A stretch of DNA of 64,000 nt from Amoebidium appalachense (GCA_963693365.1 CAVNZM010000003.1:7869312-7933311), one strand, 5' to 3'. Shown: positions 1-17,439, counted from the stretch's first letter. Notes: a model not told the origin generated them from the letters alone. Program-made: numbers and translations.

Positions 1-42
<42 letters not shown>

Positions 43-138
43 TACACACAAACACACACACACGTGCACACACACTAGTAGGGTACGAGCACAGCAGCTT
101 CGTGAAGCTGTGGCTTGAAGTCACATGTGCACCTCCCT

Positions 139-1920
<1,782 letters not shown>

Positions 1921-2117
1921 TCAAATTGATTCGACCGAGTTTGGGCCCACATCGCTGTAGGTGGAACCCACTAGATCGTTTATGTATAACACCACTGCAA
2001 ACATTACAATCAACTACTTTCTTCATGTCAACCCCCCCCCCCCCCCCCCCCCCCCCCCAAAAAAAAGCTTCCCCATTCAATTATTTCCGCCCACAAATTC
2101 GTACATGCCTTCATACA

Positions 2118-2118
2118 T

Positions 2119-2177
<59 letters not shown>

Positions 2178-2181
2178 CGGA

Positions 2182-2256
<75 letters not shown>
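2118..2256. repeat. (GCAC)n tetranucleotide microsatellite
   Basis: Directly visible. Confidence 0.97.
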
Positions 2257-2269
<13 letters not shown>

Positions 2270-2506
2270 TCCCACACCAATCAGGCGGCTCCATACCTAT
2301 TCGGCTCCAGTGGTTGGTCCGTTGTCACGTGCAGTGTGAAAGGGAACCCACGCCGTGCAGCAAACCCATTGTGCAGTCTGAACATGTGTGTGTTGTGTTC
2401 TTTAAGCGAATATCGTGCCAACCTCACATCTGTTACATTAACATCGCCAAAAACCCCGCCAAGGCAGGCAAGGGCGAAAATGGCTGCATGTAGAAGCATA
2501 TGTTTG

Positions 2507-2554
<48 letters not shown>

Positions 2555-2912
2555 GGAGGGGGGAGGGGGGAGGGGGGTTGTATTAGTGAACCCTGGGGTA
2601 TGACTGAAATCGAAGCAGATAAATTGTCATGAGATGTTCTTCGACTAATTAGAGTCCTCGATCATGCTTATTAACCTAATTTATTATCATCGCGTGATTA
2701 GACTAGAGTAAGTTATAAGTTCGCTGGTGGACTATAATGTATGCTCCTGACAACGGCTTCGGTGCATTTAGTTTGTTACAAAGTTCACTCCTGCTAGGAC
2801 TCAAATAGAAAGTCGTGCAACACACTGTCTGCTAATACACGTAAGTAAGCAAAGGCACAACCCCCCCCCCCCCCATCCTCTCGCCCCCACCCCACCACCA
2901 TATCACCGCCTG

Positions 2913-2970
<58 letters not shown>

Positions 2971-3168
2971 TCACACACACTCATTTCCTCTTCCGAAACA
3001 TGCCCTGCAATACACACACACAGACTACACCAACCAATCCACCCACCCACCCACCAACCCACCCATCCCCCACCCCCCCCCCCACCCACCAACCCATGGT
3101 CACACACACACACCGTGGAACACACGCACTGGCACACAATCGCGCGCACACACACACATACAAGACAG

Positions 3169-3214
<46 letters not shown>

Positions 3215-3355
3215 GCACACGCACACACACACAGACACACACACACACAACACACACACACAACACACGCGCGTACACACGCACACACAAGGACGCACTG
3301 TGACATGCACACTCACGCAAGCACACACATGCACACACACACGCACACACGCCGT

Positions 3356-3476
<121 letters not shown>

Positions 3477-6400
3477 CAGTCAATGTACACAATATGTGCA
3501 TGTTCAGAAGCACACGATGATGCAGCGCATTGAGCGGACCGACAACCAAAAGCTTGCATCCACTATTTGCATATCATTATATTTTCAAATTCGCATTGGG
3601 ATGTAAACCGTTGTCACAAGTGGATCCGGAGGAGTTGCCCACAAAAAAACACAAATCTTGCATGCACCATAAGTACAGCGCATACATAAACGCGTACGTG
3701 ACGAAGCCGGTGACCCCGGCAGCACCAGCCTATGGCAAAGCACAGACCCTTTTTGCTGAAGCACCCAGCAAAACGAATGACACTTTTCCTTTTTTAGGAC
3801 GAGCCTCTTTTTGAATTATATTCAAAACATGGGAGCATGTGGCCATGTGTTGCATATGAATCGTCAAGCAATCATATTATAATTATCATAAAGGTTCATG
3901 GACGCCAAGCAAGGGCCTAAATAATCCAGCCCGGTAGCCGGTGGAGACATTAAACAGTCTTTCACTGCCCACTCACTTGCTGCCTAGCGTGAAACCATAA
4001 ACATACCGAGTAATGCGGCCATTTTCGACTGCACTGTCAACTCAAAACCTTTTCAACTGCTCCGTGAAATGTGACAGAAATAAAACCGCCCCCTGATTAT
4101 ATACCTGCGTAGATCTGCGTAGAGGAGGTGGTGCAAACATTTCGTTGCTCATGTGGACGTGGTAGAAGTCAGTGGGTTCTCAGTTCAATTGACCTACCTT
4201 CATATAGTAAGTTTACAGGTCAAAAAAAAAAAACCGTGCACCTTATAAATGATAATTATCAAAACAATAATGCGAAAGTTTTTCCAGGTTCTGAGTAATC
4301 AAGCGATTCCTTGAGCCCTTCATATCCGGAGATTGAGATAGGACAACACAGTACAGATGTATATAGGGGTTTACGCTGTTTACTCGAGGCAAAGAGAACC
4401 AGTCTCAGGTATGGGGGGGGGGGTTTTGCTCGGAATATCCCCTCAGCGGTATATCATGATCACGTACATAGATGTCGGGTGGTGACTATATATCAGGGTT
4501 TACTTTCTCTACGAGACACCATAAAGACTACAAGGAGAAAAATTTACAGCGTTCCAGCGTGGGAGGTTAAACAGATGTGATTGGCTCCATGCCAACCGCG
4601 CATCTATACCTACAGTTGCTGGCAGGCCCTATTTTATGTCATATATATGCCTACTACAGTACACCCAGTGTCCAAAATATCATAGCACAATAGACAAATT
4701 TAGGGATAACATTCAGAGGAATTTATATATTTTATCATTAACGACTCATTTCCGGTGTGGTTTCATGAAACTTCAACAGATGTGATGTCTTGATGTTACA
4801 CTCTCACATTCGGGTGACATTCCATGAAGAACAAACATCTAGACCCACGATTTTCGACTAATTCCTAATCGTAAAAGTGTCTTTCTGCATTGTTTGGTGG
4901 CTCACTGTTGTGTTTTATCCAATGTAAACTGACGTTTCACTTTCACTTCGATCTCTTAGCTGTCACATCAACTTTTTTTCCCAGTTCTTCACCATGGCAG
5001 GTATATAAAGGCTTTCGTTTCTTCTTTTTGTGGTGGGAGGGAGTCCAACTCAGGGGAACGTGACTGCAGCGTGTGTGTGGTGTTGCCTGGTGTATTCCTA
5101 TTGCTGTGAGAGTGTGGGGGCATCTCCCTTTCGCGGAGTTTCTCGCTTGAAAAGTGGTTTCTTCAACGCCTGGTGGTCCACTGCAACCTATAATAACTTC
5201 TACACGCTGTCTACGCTTCTACGCGATCTATTGGCGGTGGGCTGCTGCAACTTCAGCTACTTCTGCGCTGCGTGAGTGGAGGGGCGGCTACTTGGTCGTC
5301 GGGGAGCTTTCCAAGTGACTGCCAGTCCTTAGCCTCCAGTCGTATGGCAATGACCGGGTTTGCTTGCATGCATTCTGTAATTGTGTTTTTCTGTGTGTCC
5401 TGCCACAACTAGGCCACCTTATCAGAGAGCTAGATGCAGTTTCTCCGGGTTATCTAGGGGCCAGGCCCGTTGGGATTGTTTTTTAGCTCAGATTTGGTCT
5501 GAATTGCTCTTTTAGAGGCTGACTTGCTTGCTGTGCCTCGGTAGGTTTTGAGGGGGGCCTGTTGGGAAGCAGCAGTAATGATGTCTTCGTGCGGAGTGTG
5601 GTCTGGTCAACATCGATGCATATGACTAGTTGGAGCAAACTAGTTTCACGCATACACGTACACTTAAGGTTTTGCCCGCAGCCTGGTGTCCTTTGTCACT
5701 TGTCGCTTTATTCTTATTTCGTAGCTTTGGCTTTTTCAGTTCTATTGGTGGTTATGTAGCCTGTGGCTGCACGTTGCCTTCGTCAACGGATCAATAAAAC
5801 CGAGTCAAAAGAAAAAAAAACGTTTCTAACGCAAAAGTGTCGCCACATGAGTAAAAGCAAGGTTGACAACTGATGACTGTTTTCATGTGCAGGAGCATCC
5901 TAGACCATATATATATGGCGGAAACCGTGGCACATGCTGTACATGTTATTCTGAGCTGTTTACTTACGAGCCACTTGCATATGTGCAAATACAGGCATCA
6001 TAACCATGCGTTTTGCACAGCGTTTCACCTGTGGCTACATTAAGTACCTCGGCCCGGTACCACGCCGTGGCCCGTACGCTTGATATGGCTCGTGTAAGTT
6101 ACACCGACTAGTGGCAGCGACCCGCATCCGAGACGGTCGACGTCCGAGTCCGGTCGACTGCGCGTGAAGTTCATCCATACATATGATCATGAGTTCATGC
6201 ATATCGCAAAGGGGCACAGCGCAGACTCCGTAGGCTATTCATCATGTGATGTATCCTGACAGCCTATGTATATATGTACGGTGCTGCCGGCCGTTGTGCG
6301 CAGTTAGCGTGTGCCAGAACGTTGTGCCTTGTTTCTGCAGTTGCAAATCGGGTGGCTAGCTGGTGTAACTGTTTACCAACACTATTGGGATGTAAGCCGG

Positions 6401-7156
6401 ATTGGTCAAACACGCACCGTCGCGTAGCATTCCGCTCAGCTGTTCAAAGTGGCAAAACCTTCCCCAAAACGCTGCTTTTTCCTCATAACCTTTAGCATGG
6501 CGTTATAACGTTTAATAACTGTAATGTTAGCCATTATTAGCAGAAATAATGACCTTACTCGTGCCCTTAGGGCTGAATGTTCGCCCAGGCCTCAGATCTG
6601 TTCGAAATTTATTTGCCAATTACAGCAGCTCCCGGTCCTACATCCAATCATACCGCTCATAGGTCATGCAGCGCTTTCACCGCCAATTTGAAACCACTCA
6701 CCGCGGCCGGTCAGCTGGGCACAGACAGAAAAAACCGCGAAAAAGTACTTCGAAACATAACTTGTCGGACACTCAAGGAAGTGTTAGCACTGCTTTATAG
6801 CTGGAAGAAAAAGTTAGAACTTTCTTTTGTTTTATTCCATCTCCACAAGTTATGCACAGCACATGCTTCAGATCACCATCAATGCTGTTCACGAATCCTC
6901 CGGATCCATCTGCAAGTAGTGCAAGTACATGTGCAGGCCTGTGCCATCGTTAGCTGCGAACTCTAGCTCTTCGTCTTCAAAACCACTCGAACCCAAAACA
7001 TAAACACGGAAAGACCACAAAAAAAGCATATATGTGAATGAATAACACATTCTTCAAGCAAAGTATTTGCTTCCCAATCAAACCTCTGTTCACGGATTCT
7101 CATGTGCCATAAGTGCTCTTGTGATTGACTGCTTTTCGTGATCACTCGACTTCACC

Positions 7157-8306
7157 ATGGCCCTACCATCAGACAGCCTGAGGTGAGTTGACACAAGTGG
7201 CTGATGCTCATTTATTCTATTCTCTCTCCTCTATTTTTTATAATATGTTTTCTATACTTGAAGTAAACACCATAAAGGAACAATCAGCTGTAACCCATCT
7301 TACTAATATACATCATCCCGCTCTGCTGCACACATGCTTCAGACCTTGTTGATTGTGTAACGGCACTTTAGATATAAAGGGAAACTACACCCCCGCACAA
7401 GCACTTTCCAGCATGTGGGCACCATGTTCAGCCTGCACTTGTTTGTTTTGTGAAAAGCTTTGCAACACTATGCCCGGCGATCAGGGCCCGTGTGTGTGAA
7501 GATGACCATTCCCCGGGCCCCATTTCACTGTGTTTAGCATCCGTATACGTGCACAGATAGAAACAGAAACGAGACACACATTTTTCTGAAATGAAGCTAT
7601 CGTCTAAGCATGCTCTTCCACATAGTTGCGCGCACGCGTGCAATGGACAATTTGTATTCCAAAGGGAAAACAAGCGAATCCCAGGAATATTCAACATTAT
7701 TCTGGGAATGCTAGCAATAAATCCTCTCTATTATTATGTGTGGGTCAGTCTGGCTAGGTTTCAGCAGTACCTAGCATGAATGTGCATGTTTCTAACACTG
7801 TACTATATGACAAGACATTACGCTAAGAGTCTACCAAAGGGAACAATTATCCTGCGGAAATATGCAACCAAAAATGCACACAGATGCCACGAAGGCCTGC
7901 AAAATGACCACCGTTCCACCTTTCCCACCCACCACTGATTAGATGGGCACATGCACATGTGCACGGGACTACCGCACATGTTATATAAGGCCACACAGCA
8001 TGGCACGGTTATTGTAATTCAACGGTCACGGTGTTTTATATTCCGAGTGTGTTGTGTATTTGGACACACACTGTAAAAAAGAAAGGGAAAAAAAAGAAAA
8101 AAGGTATGTGCATGCGCCGTGTGTCGTACCAGAGAATGTGTGGTAGGTTCCTAGACTCGCGTAAGTTAGCCTCACGCCAACAGATAAAAATCTCTGTGTT
8201 TGATTTTCGGTCTTTCTCTATCTCACTTTAAACCCAGAAGGGGTGATCATTTCTAACCCCCCCCCCCCCCTCCTTCCCACCGCCTCCCAGTCCCCCCCCC
8301 CCCTCT

Positions 8307-8338
<32 letters not shown>

Positions 8339-9705
8339 CACCCACCCACAGTCCACATGTGGACCACCTAGGGGCCAGCACAACCGGCGAAATCGAATTC
8401 AGCCCATCAGCCAATCGCAAGCCTTCGCCAAGTTTAACCCCAATGTCCCCCGATACCCTCACCACCACTTCCTCTTCATTTACCCTTCAGTCCGTCTCTA
8501 TACCCAACTCGCCATCATCCGAGCAATATAGACAATCACACAGGGGGAAAAAACCGCTGCTAACACCCGAGGATTGCCAACTGGTTCAGAGTTCGTGGGA
8601 GAGGGTGTCTTCCAAAGGCGCGGGGGAGAAATTCGTATCGTCAAACGTCGGAATGGCGTTTTACGAGGAGCTTTTCCGACTAGAACCGGAGACTAAAACG
8701 ATTTTCCGGTCGATTCAATCGAGATCGGCTGCATTTACAGCTCTTCTTGCCATATTAGTCAAGCAGACGGAGGAGTTAAGTGACGGGAGGCTGGATACTA
8801 CCTTAAAGGAGCATGGGAGGGCACATATGGGTAGGGGGGTCACCTTAAACATGTATGTGTGCATGGGTAAGGCCTTGTTGCACATGATCGAAACACGATT
8901 AACGGAAAAGGAAGGAGGCGCATGCGATCAGAAGACCCTAGCTGTTTGGTTGGGTGCATACGCTCTAGCGGCGGCTCCCATGCTTAAAGCGGCGGGGTTC
9001 AGACGGAGCCGTTTTGCGTATGATATTTCACCAATCATTTCGCAGCAGCTGAAATACCAGCTACGAAAGAAGACGGTGGGTGGAACGATGATGGGAACCA
9101 TGCGTGGACTGGGTGGCCGTACGCTCGAAGAGCACCTTACAGCCATGACGGATTCATCCAATGAAACGCTCCGCACCCCACCGCCTTCCGAAAATGGTAA
9201 TGACGACACGTCGATTGATTCCGAGCAAATGGGAAATTCCATCGACGGCGAATCGGGTTCTGGCAGGGGTAGGGGGTTGGCGGCAGCGGTGGCGGCGGCG
9301 GCAGCAAAACAGAACAAGCGCCCGTCGTTTTCTGGCATATTCCGGCGGGAACGAGCAACGTCGTCATCTGGAAACTCCCGCCCGCCTGAAATTCCGACAG
9401 AGGATGCGAGCCAATCAAAACCAATTTCTTCGGCGTCCGTCGATGAATCGCAATCGGGAGCAGGGGGGGATTTGCAGAGAAAGGGAACGTCACCTCTTGC
9501 ATGGATGTCGTCTAAGAAGAAGAGCGTGTGTGTGAAAATGCTTCCGCAGAGTTCTATTCAGGCTCTGGAGAAGAGCCTAGAAGGGAGGAAGGGAAGTGTG
9601 AGCAGTGGGTATTCGGATGATGGCGAAAGGAGATCGTCCAATGAGGAGGGGGTCGTGGATTCGATTAGCGCGATCGGAGCCCCGACTGCTAATTCTGCGG
9701 CATAA
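7157..9705 (+). CDS. Single-domain globin with long low-complexity N- and C-terminal extensions; join(7157..7182, 8352..9705)
   Basis: Globin signature in ORF 8359..9705: LLTPEDCQLVQSSWERV (A helix), GMAFYEELFRLEPETKTIF (B/C/CD1 Phe), LKEHGRAHMGRGV (proximal His F8), YVCMGKALL (G), LAVWLGAY (H). Upstream exon caccATGGCC...CTGAG|gtgagt (phase 2) joins in frame to cacag|T at 8352. CTAAC branch-like motif at ~8253. Confidence 0.88.
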
Positions 9706-9985
9706 AATTAGGGTTTATGGATGTGAAATTTGAAAAGTTAAGAAAATTTGATAAACGAATGGGTACGTACGAATTGTCTGTGAAAGATTTTATGTGGTTA
9801 GGTTTTAATTGATTTTTTTTGAATGTTGAATCTGACCACACGCACACACTCAGTGTGTTGTCTACTCCCCCCCCCCCCCCCCCCCCCCCCTCCCCTCGCA
9901 CCCCTTTCCCTTTCCCCCGCCCATATACAGTATGCACGCACGCCCGCACACACACACCCACTTGCCCGTCCGGCCATCCGCCCGT

Positions 9986-10076
<91 letters not shown>

Positions 10077-10581
10077 ACATACTCCATCTCCCTACCGACG
10101 ATATATCCCATGCCGCTTCTAACGCCCTTGCTATTTGACAAAAACTAGCTCGGTGTGAGGCCCTATGTTTTATACACGTGTTCGACGCACACTTGCAATT
10201 TTCAGGTTTTTTCAGATGGTTGATATGATTTTGCTCAGGTACGCTATTTAGAAGGTTTGTGTAGTGAAACCATGTTTCTCTTTTAGATCAACACCTATTA
10301 TTTTTAACTGAATGCCGCATGCAGCATAAAAACTTAAGTTCCTTTAGTAGTTTGGTGGGGGGCGGGAACCGCTCGCCTGGCAAAGTGCCACATGCCAGTG
10401 GTCGATTGGACATTAAAAATTTAAAATTTAAATCTGAATCTGATGTCTGCCCGGCGACAACGGTTTTTATGGTCTTTGCATCACGACCCCCGTTCTTTTT
10501 TTATTATTTTTTATTATTATTATTTATTTATCTGAACACATTTGTGTTTTATGAATACGAACTATGGGAGGGTAGGAACGC

Positions 10582-10617
<36 letters not shown>

Positions 10618-11549
10618 TGTATGTATGAATGGGGCTGTGTGTACATGTCTGTGCACGCTTGTGGGGTGTGGGTAGTTGTTTGAAGGGGGAAGATGAAGAC
10701 ACGTCAACACGTCAACAGGGATCACAACCCATATCAACCGTAGTCATCGAATCAAGCGGGGCCTTTTGTTGTTATTCTTCTTTTTTTTTAATTTATTCCT
10801 TGCCCGTTCTATGCAGCGAACGAGAACCCCTCCTCCTTGGAGAAATACAATAAATCTACGTTACATGTCCCACGTTGTTCCCTACTGCATATGTGCCACC
10901 GCGAAGTCACTTCAACCGGGCTTAATATCTTTCGCTTTCATTGTGCTAGTGTAGAGGATGGCCGATATTCACGTTCCAGCTATTCCCCCCCCCCCCCCCC
11001 CCCCCCAACCTATCCCCTCCCCCCTCCCCCCCCCCCCCCCTTTAAGGCCCGCACCACCCAACCACCCATCCACCATATAAATTTGTCTGGAGAGAAAAAG
11101 GGTGGAAGGAATTCCCACAAACCCCCCTGCACAAACTCTCAAGGGAGGTGGGCTTTTTTAAACCCCACATTTTCATATATCACTCGCTAAATCTAACACA
11201 GACAGTTGCTAATACTAATGTAGACGGAAAATTTCGGAAATACTGTTCAAAGAAACCTCAAACTAATATATCAGCATAATTTCATTCTTCCAGTTATCAA
11301 TCCGAAAGCTCCGCCTTCTCTCCGGGAAATCCAGGTTTGTACGTAAATTGGACTGCGTTTTCCGGATACCCCATCGTCGTCCATAGGAAAAACACGACGA
11401 TGGGCGCGCCCACGAGAAGAAACGGTAAAGATCCGTCCAAAATTTGATATCTGCAAGGGGCAAAAAAGGTAAGCCACAGTGCAAAGTGAGATGTGTTCGG
11501 TAGTATGCGGTGCCGACAAACAAGGTGGGCAAACCGTGGGACACGTGCG

Positions 11550-11594
<45 letters not shown>

Positions 11595-11612
11595 CGTGTG
11601 CGTATGCGTGTG

Positions 11613-11668
<56 letters not shown>

Positions 11669-11887
11669 TGTTTGTGGGGCCAAACGGAAATGAAGGGGAG
11701 GGACGAGGGGACTAGAGGGAGGCAGTGGGACTGTGTTCAAGTGGTCCGGTGCCCCCTCCCCCCCCCCCCCCCTCCCCCCTCCCCCCTTCTCAGAGAGGGA
11801 GGAAGAGAAAAAGAGCAAGAAAAAGACTGCAATGTGCTTGTGTGTGTTGGGGGGTGAGGGGTGGGAGGGTGGGGTGGGTGTGCATGT

Positions 11888-11918
<31 letters not shown>

Positions 11919-12370
11919 GGGGGGGGGGGTGTTACGCTCGTAGTGACTGTGTTTGGTGTAAGGCCATTGCTCGGTGGGGAAATGATTAGGTACTGTAACC
12001 TTCCTTCCCTTTCTCAACGTCACATGTCCGAGTTGGGGTCTTTGAGGGGGGGCAGGGGCAGCGGGGGGGGGAGAGAGAGGGGGGGGGGGAGGGGGGGGGG
12101 GGGAGGCTTTCAGCAAGTGAGTGAACGTACATGTAAGGGTGTTTCAGTTGTGAGCGATTTCTGAGTCGTGTGTGTGCTGTGACCTTATGGTCCTTATTCA
12201 ACATTTCTTGACAAGAAATTTTTGTACTCACGTGGGGGATATGTGTTACCCGTGAATTTGCGTGAATTTTTCCGACAATGAAACGGGGAGCACAGTGTCC
12301 GCCAGTAACGAAAACTCAATATTTCCGAGTGCATGATTAGAAAAACGAAAGAATAAACAGGCCCCATTCC

Positions 12371-12662
12371 TCACCTGTATCCACTTGCAGAATTTGCGAA
12401 ATTTTCAGGTTTTGGCGCGATCTGGCACGCCACCTTCAGTTTTGATGGGTGCATACTCTTTGCCAGGGCAGCCCACGAATCATACGGACACCACACTTGA
12501 TTTCCGCAAAAGGGGGGGTTCAATGGTTCACCGTTGAAGAGAAATCGCACATATCTGTTTCCGTTTTTGGGATGTCTCCAAAGCTCGAGAATTATGTTTG
12601 AGGCGAAGGATGGCCAGCGAGTAAGGGGCACTTGAAGCGCACCTGTGTGTGTGTGTGTGCGT

Positions 12663-12716
<54 letters not shown>

Positions 12717-12751
12717 GGGTAAGGGGGGGGGTTGTGAGTGAGTGAGGGAAT

Positions 12752-12801
<50 letters not shown>

Positions 12802-13470
12802 ATATCTGTTTGTGTGTGTGTGTGTGTGTATGTGTGTGTGCGCGTGGGCGCGAGCGCGCACGCGTGTGTATGCATCGTCTGTGTGTTTAGAACGAGACAG
12901 GGGAGAAAATGGGGAGGGCGGGGAGGGCGGGGAGGGGAAGGGGGGGGAGGGGATGAATATCCCCCCCCCCCCCCCCCCTTCTAGACCGATAAGTTGAGTA
13001 GGTGCTGCATACTCAAGAACCCAACAAATAAATTCGTTCACTCCTTCAGTCAAAAATTTAGCGATCTCTAGTCCCCGCCAAATCCTTTATGTCCCTTCTT
13101 GTGTTTGGTGAGGGTTTGAATGCGTCAAAAAGTACGAAGTGCACAAGAACAAGGGGGGCCCACGTCATCCACAGTGCCCGAGTTTCGACCTATTCACCTC
13201 GTTAACGGTGGAGGGGGGGGGGGGGGGGAGAGAGAGAGAAGGGCAGGAGGGAGAAGGCGTAGGTGGTGTGTGTGTGTGTCTTCGGGAAGGAAAGGTGGTG
13301 TGTATGGGGGAGGGGGGGGGGGGGGGGAGAAATGGTGTGTTTGTTTGTGTGAGTGTGTGAGTGTGTGAGTGTGTGTGAGTGTGTGAGTGTGTGAGTGTGT
13401 GTGTGTGTGCGCGCGCGTGCGTGCTTGCGTGTGCGTGTACGTGTGCGTGTGCGTGTGTTGTGTTGTGTAT

Positions 13471-13504
<34 letters not shown>

Positions 13505-14639
13505 GGCATAAACATTGCATACCCAGCAGGGGAGCAATAGTGTCGTCATGGCCTGCATGCAGTCTGAAGACGATGTCGCTGCTGTCTGTCACTGCCTGCT
13601 CCATGTACGTGTGCAGCTCCCACACCAGCCTGCATGTGTGATTAGGAACCAATCACAAATCAGCATCGAATACCCCCTCCCCTCCCCCCCTTCACCTCCC
13701 TCCCCCCTTTTTTTTTCTTTTTTTTTTTAAACAGCCGACCTGCCCGCACTGACCTTATGCTTACTGCCCGTGTTAAGGCCAAACAGAAATGACAACGGAT
13801 GAAAGTAAGAAAGTACAGAAATGGAAACCAAAGACAAAACAATGGATGCAAGAAGAATTTCAAAGGGTGAAGCGCATTACCCCCCCCCCCCCCCCCCCCC
13901 TCTCTTGGGCGCAAGGATATAGGACGGAAAAGAAAAAAAAATAGAAAAGAAAGAAAACAAACAAAAAAGAAAAGGTGGGAGTGCAAGAGAGGAGAAGAAA
14001 GACAGCACTAGCAGGCAGCAACCCACAGACGGACAAAGTAACCATCGACAGCCCCAAAGAACCATATATGGTTCGTGACCTCATTTTCTATTGGCTGGCT
14101 GCACCTCCCTCTTCTGGCAAACCCCCAAGCACCAGATATGGTTCATAACCTTGAGTTTCTATTGGACTAGCCCCTGCCTCCTCTCTGGCGATATTCAACC
14201 AGCTAACACCATTTTTTCATAGCTTTGATGTTATGATGGCTGACTATTGGCCCACCTGCCGATAGCCAGGGTAGCCAGCTCTCTGTCGGAGAAGATGAAA
14301 GAATATTCCCAGTGGCCGTAGTGAGACACGGAGGCTGCCATGTCGTCACTCATGCAGTGGCTGCCGCTGTTTTAATGTTAAAAATTTAAATTTTATTGCC
14401 CTTTGTCGATTGCACAGGTAAGTGAGATTTGAGGGAAGGAAAGGGGATGGAAGGGAAGGGTGGAGGTGTGTGTGTTTGTGTGTGTGTGTGGGGAGGGGGG
14501 GGGGGGGGGGGAGGGGCAGGGAGGTGGGAGGGGAGGGGGGGGGGGGGGGGGGGGTAAGGGAAAGATGGAATGCAAAGAGAGAAGAGCGAGCCTAAGGATT
14601 ATTCTCTGGAGGCAAAAGGGGTTTTTCTTTTTTTTGGGT

Positions 14640-14671
<32 letters not shown>

Positions 14672-14723
14672 CTGATAATTTGACAAAACCGGATCATTGC
14701 ATGCCTACCTCAAGCCAACCCCC

Positions 14724-14754
<31 letters not shown>

Positions 14755-14923
14755 AAAAAAAAAAAAAAGAAGAAGAAAAGAAAACAAAGAAAACAAAACA
14801 AAAGAAAAGACAAAAAAAAATTGACATCTGTAAGCCGCTGGAACATAGGGGGAGGGGGAGATGTGATGCATGGAAAAAGAGCGAGCGGAAAGTCACACAT
14901 GTCTAGAGGACAACTGATGGTAC

Positions 14924-15003
<80 letters not shown>

Positions 15004-15063
15004 ACCCACCCACCCACCCACCCGCACCCACACATACACACACCCACACCCAAACACACACCG

Positions 15064-15096
<33 letters not shown>

Positions 15097-16319
15097 AGGA
15101 CACATCACATACTTGCAAGGAAGGGGCAGATTATGACACCTCCTACACTGCACTATGTCAAAGTAGTGGTCGAATGCATTGAGGGAGTGGAAGTGGGCCC
15201 ACCACCATGCTACCTCGCTGGTGTTGAACATCTGGTCGAGATCCATGCGGAGTTTTTGCGCTTCGGTGGTCTGTGTGTGTGTGTGTGTGTATGGGGGGGG
15301 GGGGGGGGGGGGGGGGGGGATGGGTGGGGGGAGGGGGAGGGGGCAGGTGGGTGGGTGGGTGAGGGGAGGATGGGGGGGGGGGAGGGGGGATTTGAGGTTG
15401 TGTGTGTCGTTAGTGTGGGTATGTGTGTGTGTGTGAGTGTGAGTGTGTGTTGGGGGGTTGCGTGTGTTTGTGTGTTTGTGTACGTGGTGTGCGTGTGTAA
15501 GCCAACGCGCACACGTGTGTGTGAAGAGTTGGGGGGAGGGGGGGGGGGGGGGGCAGGGAGGGGGACAGGGAGGAAGGAGTTAGAGGAGAGAGAGACGAGG
15601 GGGGGGCAAGAGAGAGGGGGGGATGAAGGGAAAGTGAGCAGAGGGAAGTGGGAGCTGGGAGCCGAGATTGGGGGAGGGGAGGGCTGGGAGGGGGGAGGGA
15701 AGTGGGGAAGAGGTGTGCGTTGTGGCGGCGGCTTTTTTGATACTTTTTTTTTTTCTTATTTTTTCCCTCTTGAGGGGAGCGGAGGTTAAAAGAACTCCAA
15801 CACTTCTTTCCTGCACGCAAACACCAGTATGGAGGGGGGGGGGGGGGGTTTGAATGCGTCAAAAAGTACGAAGTACACAAGAACAAACGGATAACACGAT
15901 GCAGAATGCAAGCCATACATAAAGAGTATGCATAATAAGTAGAGCCCATCCTCAGGGGGGGGGGGGGGGGGGGGGGGATAGGGGTAAGGAAGGGAGTGGG
16001 GGAGGGAAAGAGGGAACGGGTGATGGACGGAGGGAGAGAGAGAGTGTGTGTGTTCCAAGTCAGCATACCTGGCCCAGTCTGCCCCCCCCCCCCCCCCTCC
16101 CCCTCCCCCCAGCCTCCCCACCCCACCAATTCCTGCATCCACCCCCATCCTCCCGCACATCCCACCCACTTTTGTCTATCCCAAAGCCCATCTTCGCCCT
16201 CAATCCTATCTACATCTCCTACTGTAGTCTTTCCTCACGTTCAGCGTCTCACTCCCGCTCTCCTGTCCCCACTCTCCCCTTCGCGCGCGCACACACATGC
16301 ACACATACTCATCCCCCTC

Positions 16320-16361
<42 letters not shown>

Positions 16362-16873
16362 GAAAAAATAAAAACCACCTGCGCCCCTCCCCCCCCCTTC
16401 ATTAGCACCCAAAAAAGAAAAAAAACCACACGCTCGCGCGCCCGCACGCGCACACACAGACAGAGACACACAGACACACATGAGAAGAAAGAAGGCACCC
16501 CCCCCCCTCCCCCCCCCCCCCCCCCCCCCTCTTCCCCCTGCCTCCAACAAAAAAAAAAGAAAGAAAGAAAGAAACAAAGAAAGGGAGGAAAGAAGGAAGG
16601 AAGGAAGGAAGGAAGAATGAAGAACACAAAAAAGGGGAAATAAGGTAAAACCCCAGTACAACACACACCTCATGCAGTGTTAGCCACCTAGGGTCACTCT
16701 TCAACTCCTCCTGTCTCTGATCCAACCTAGCACACCCCCAATATGCATGCATCGGGTCTAACTCTGTTGGTTTCATGTGGATGCGCATGGGTGCAGGCCC
16801 ACGGGGGAATAAGCCCAAACCGATGGACTCGGCTGATTGGCGTGCACGTGCAACCTCGGTACTGTGTGTGTGT

Positions 16874-16906
<33 letters not shown>

Positions 16907-17391
16907 AAAAGGGTTGGAGAGGGAGGGGGGATGTAGGGGGGGCGGGGGGGAGATGGGTAATGGGGGAGGGGGGGGGGAGGGAGGGGGGAGGGAGGGAGGA
17001 GGGATGGGAATGGGGAAGAGGACGGACGGGGATGGATGTGTGTGTGTGTGGGAGGCGGGGAAGGGATGGGTTGGGAGTGTGTGTGCGCGGGGGGAGGAGA
17101 GGGGGGAGGAGGGGGTTGGTGAGGGGGAAGGGTAGGGAGGGAGGATGGGTGTGTGTATGTGTGTGTTGGGGGGGGGATTGGGGGGATGGGTTGGGTGTGT
17201 GTGTGGGGGGGAGGGAGGGATGGGTGTGTGTGTGTGTGGGAGGAAGGGGAGGAGGTGTGTGTGTGTGTGTGTGTATGTGTGTATGTGTGTGTGTGTGTGT
17301 GCATGCATGTGACGTGTGTGTGCATGCGCACGAGTGCCTGTGCTTTTGCGCATGCATAGGGGTGTGCCCGGGCGGGTGTGCATTCGGGTGT

Positions 17392-17439
<48 letters not shown>

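Noticed and set aside
4995-5010. accATGGCAG|gtatat as first exon of the globin
   Set aside because: Phase 1 donor does not fit the phase 2 acceptor at 8352; the exon at 7157-7182 does.
5030-5760. Possible decayed LINE 3' end
   Set aside because: Only a vague resemblance; no RT or endonuclease motif recoverable in any frame I read.
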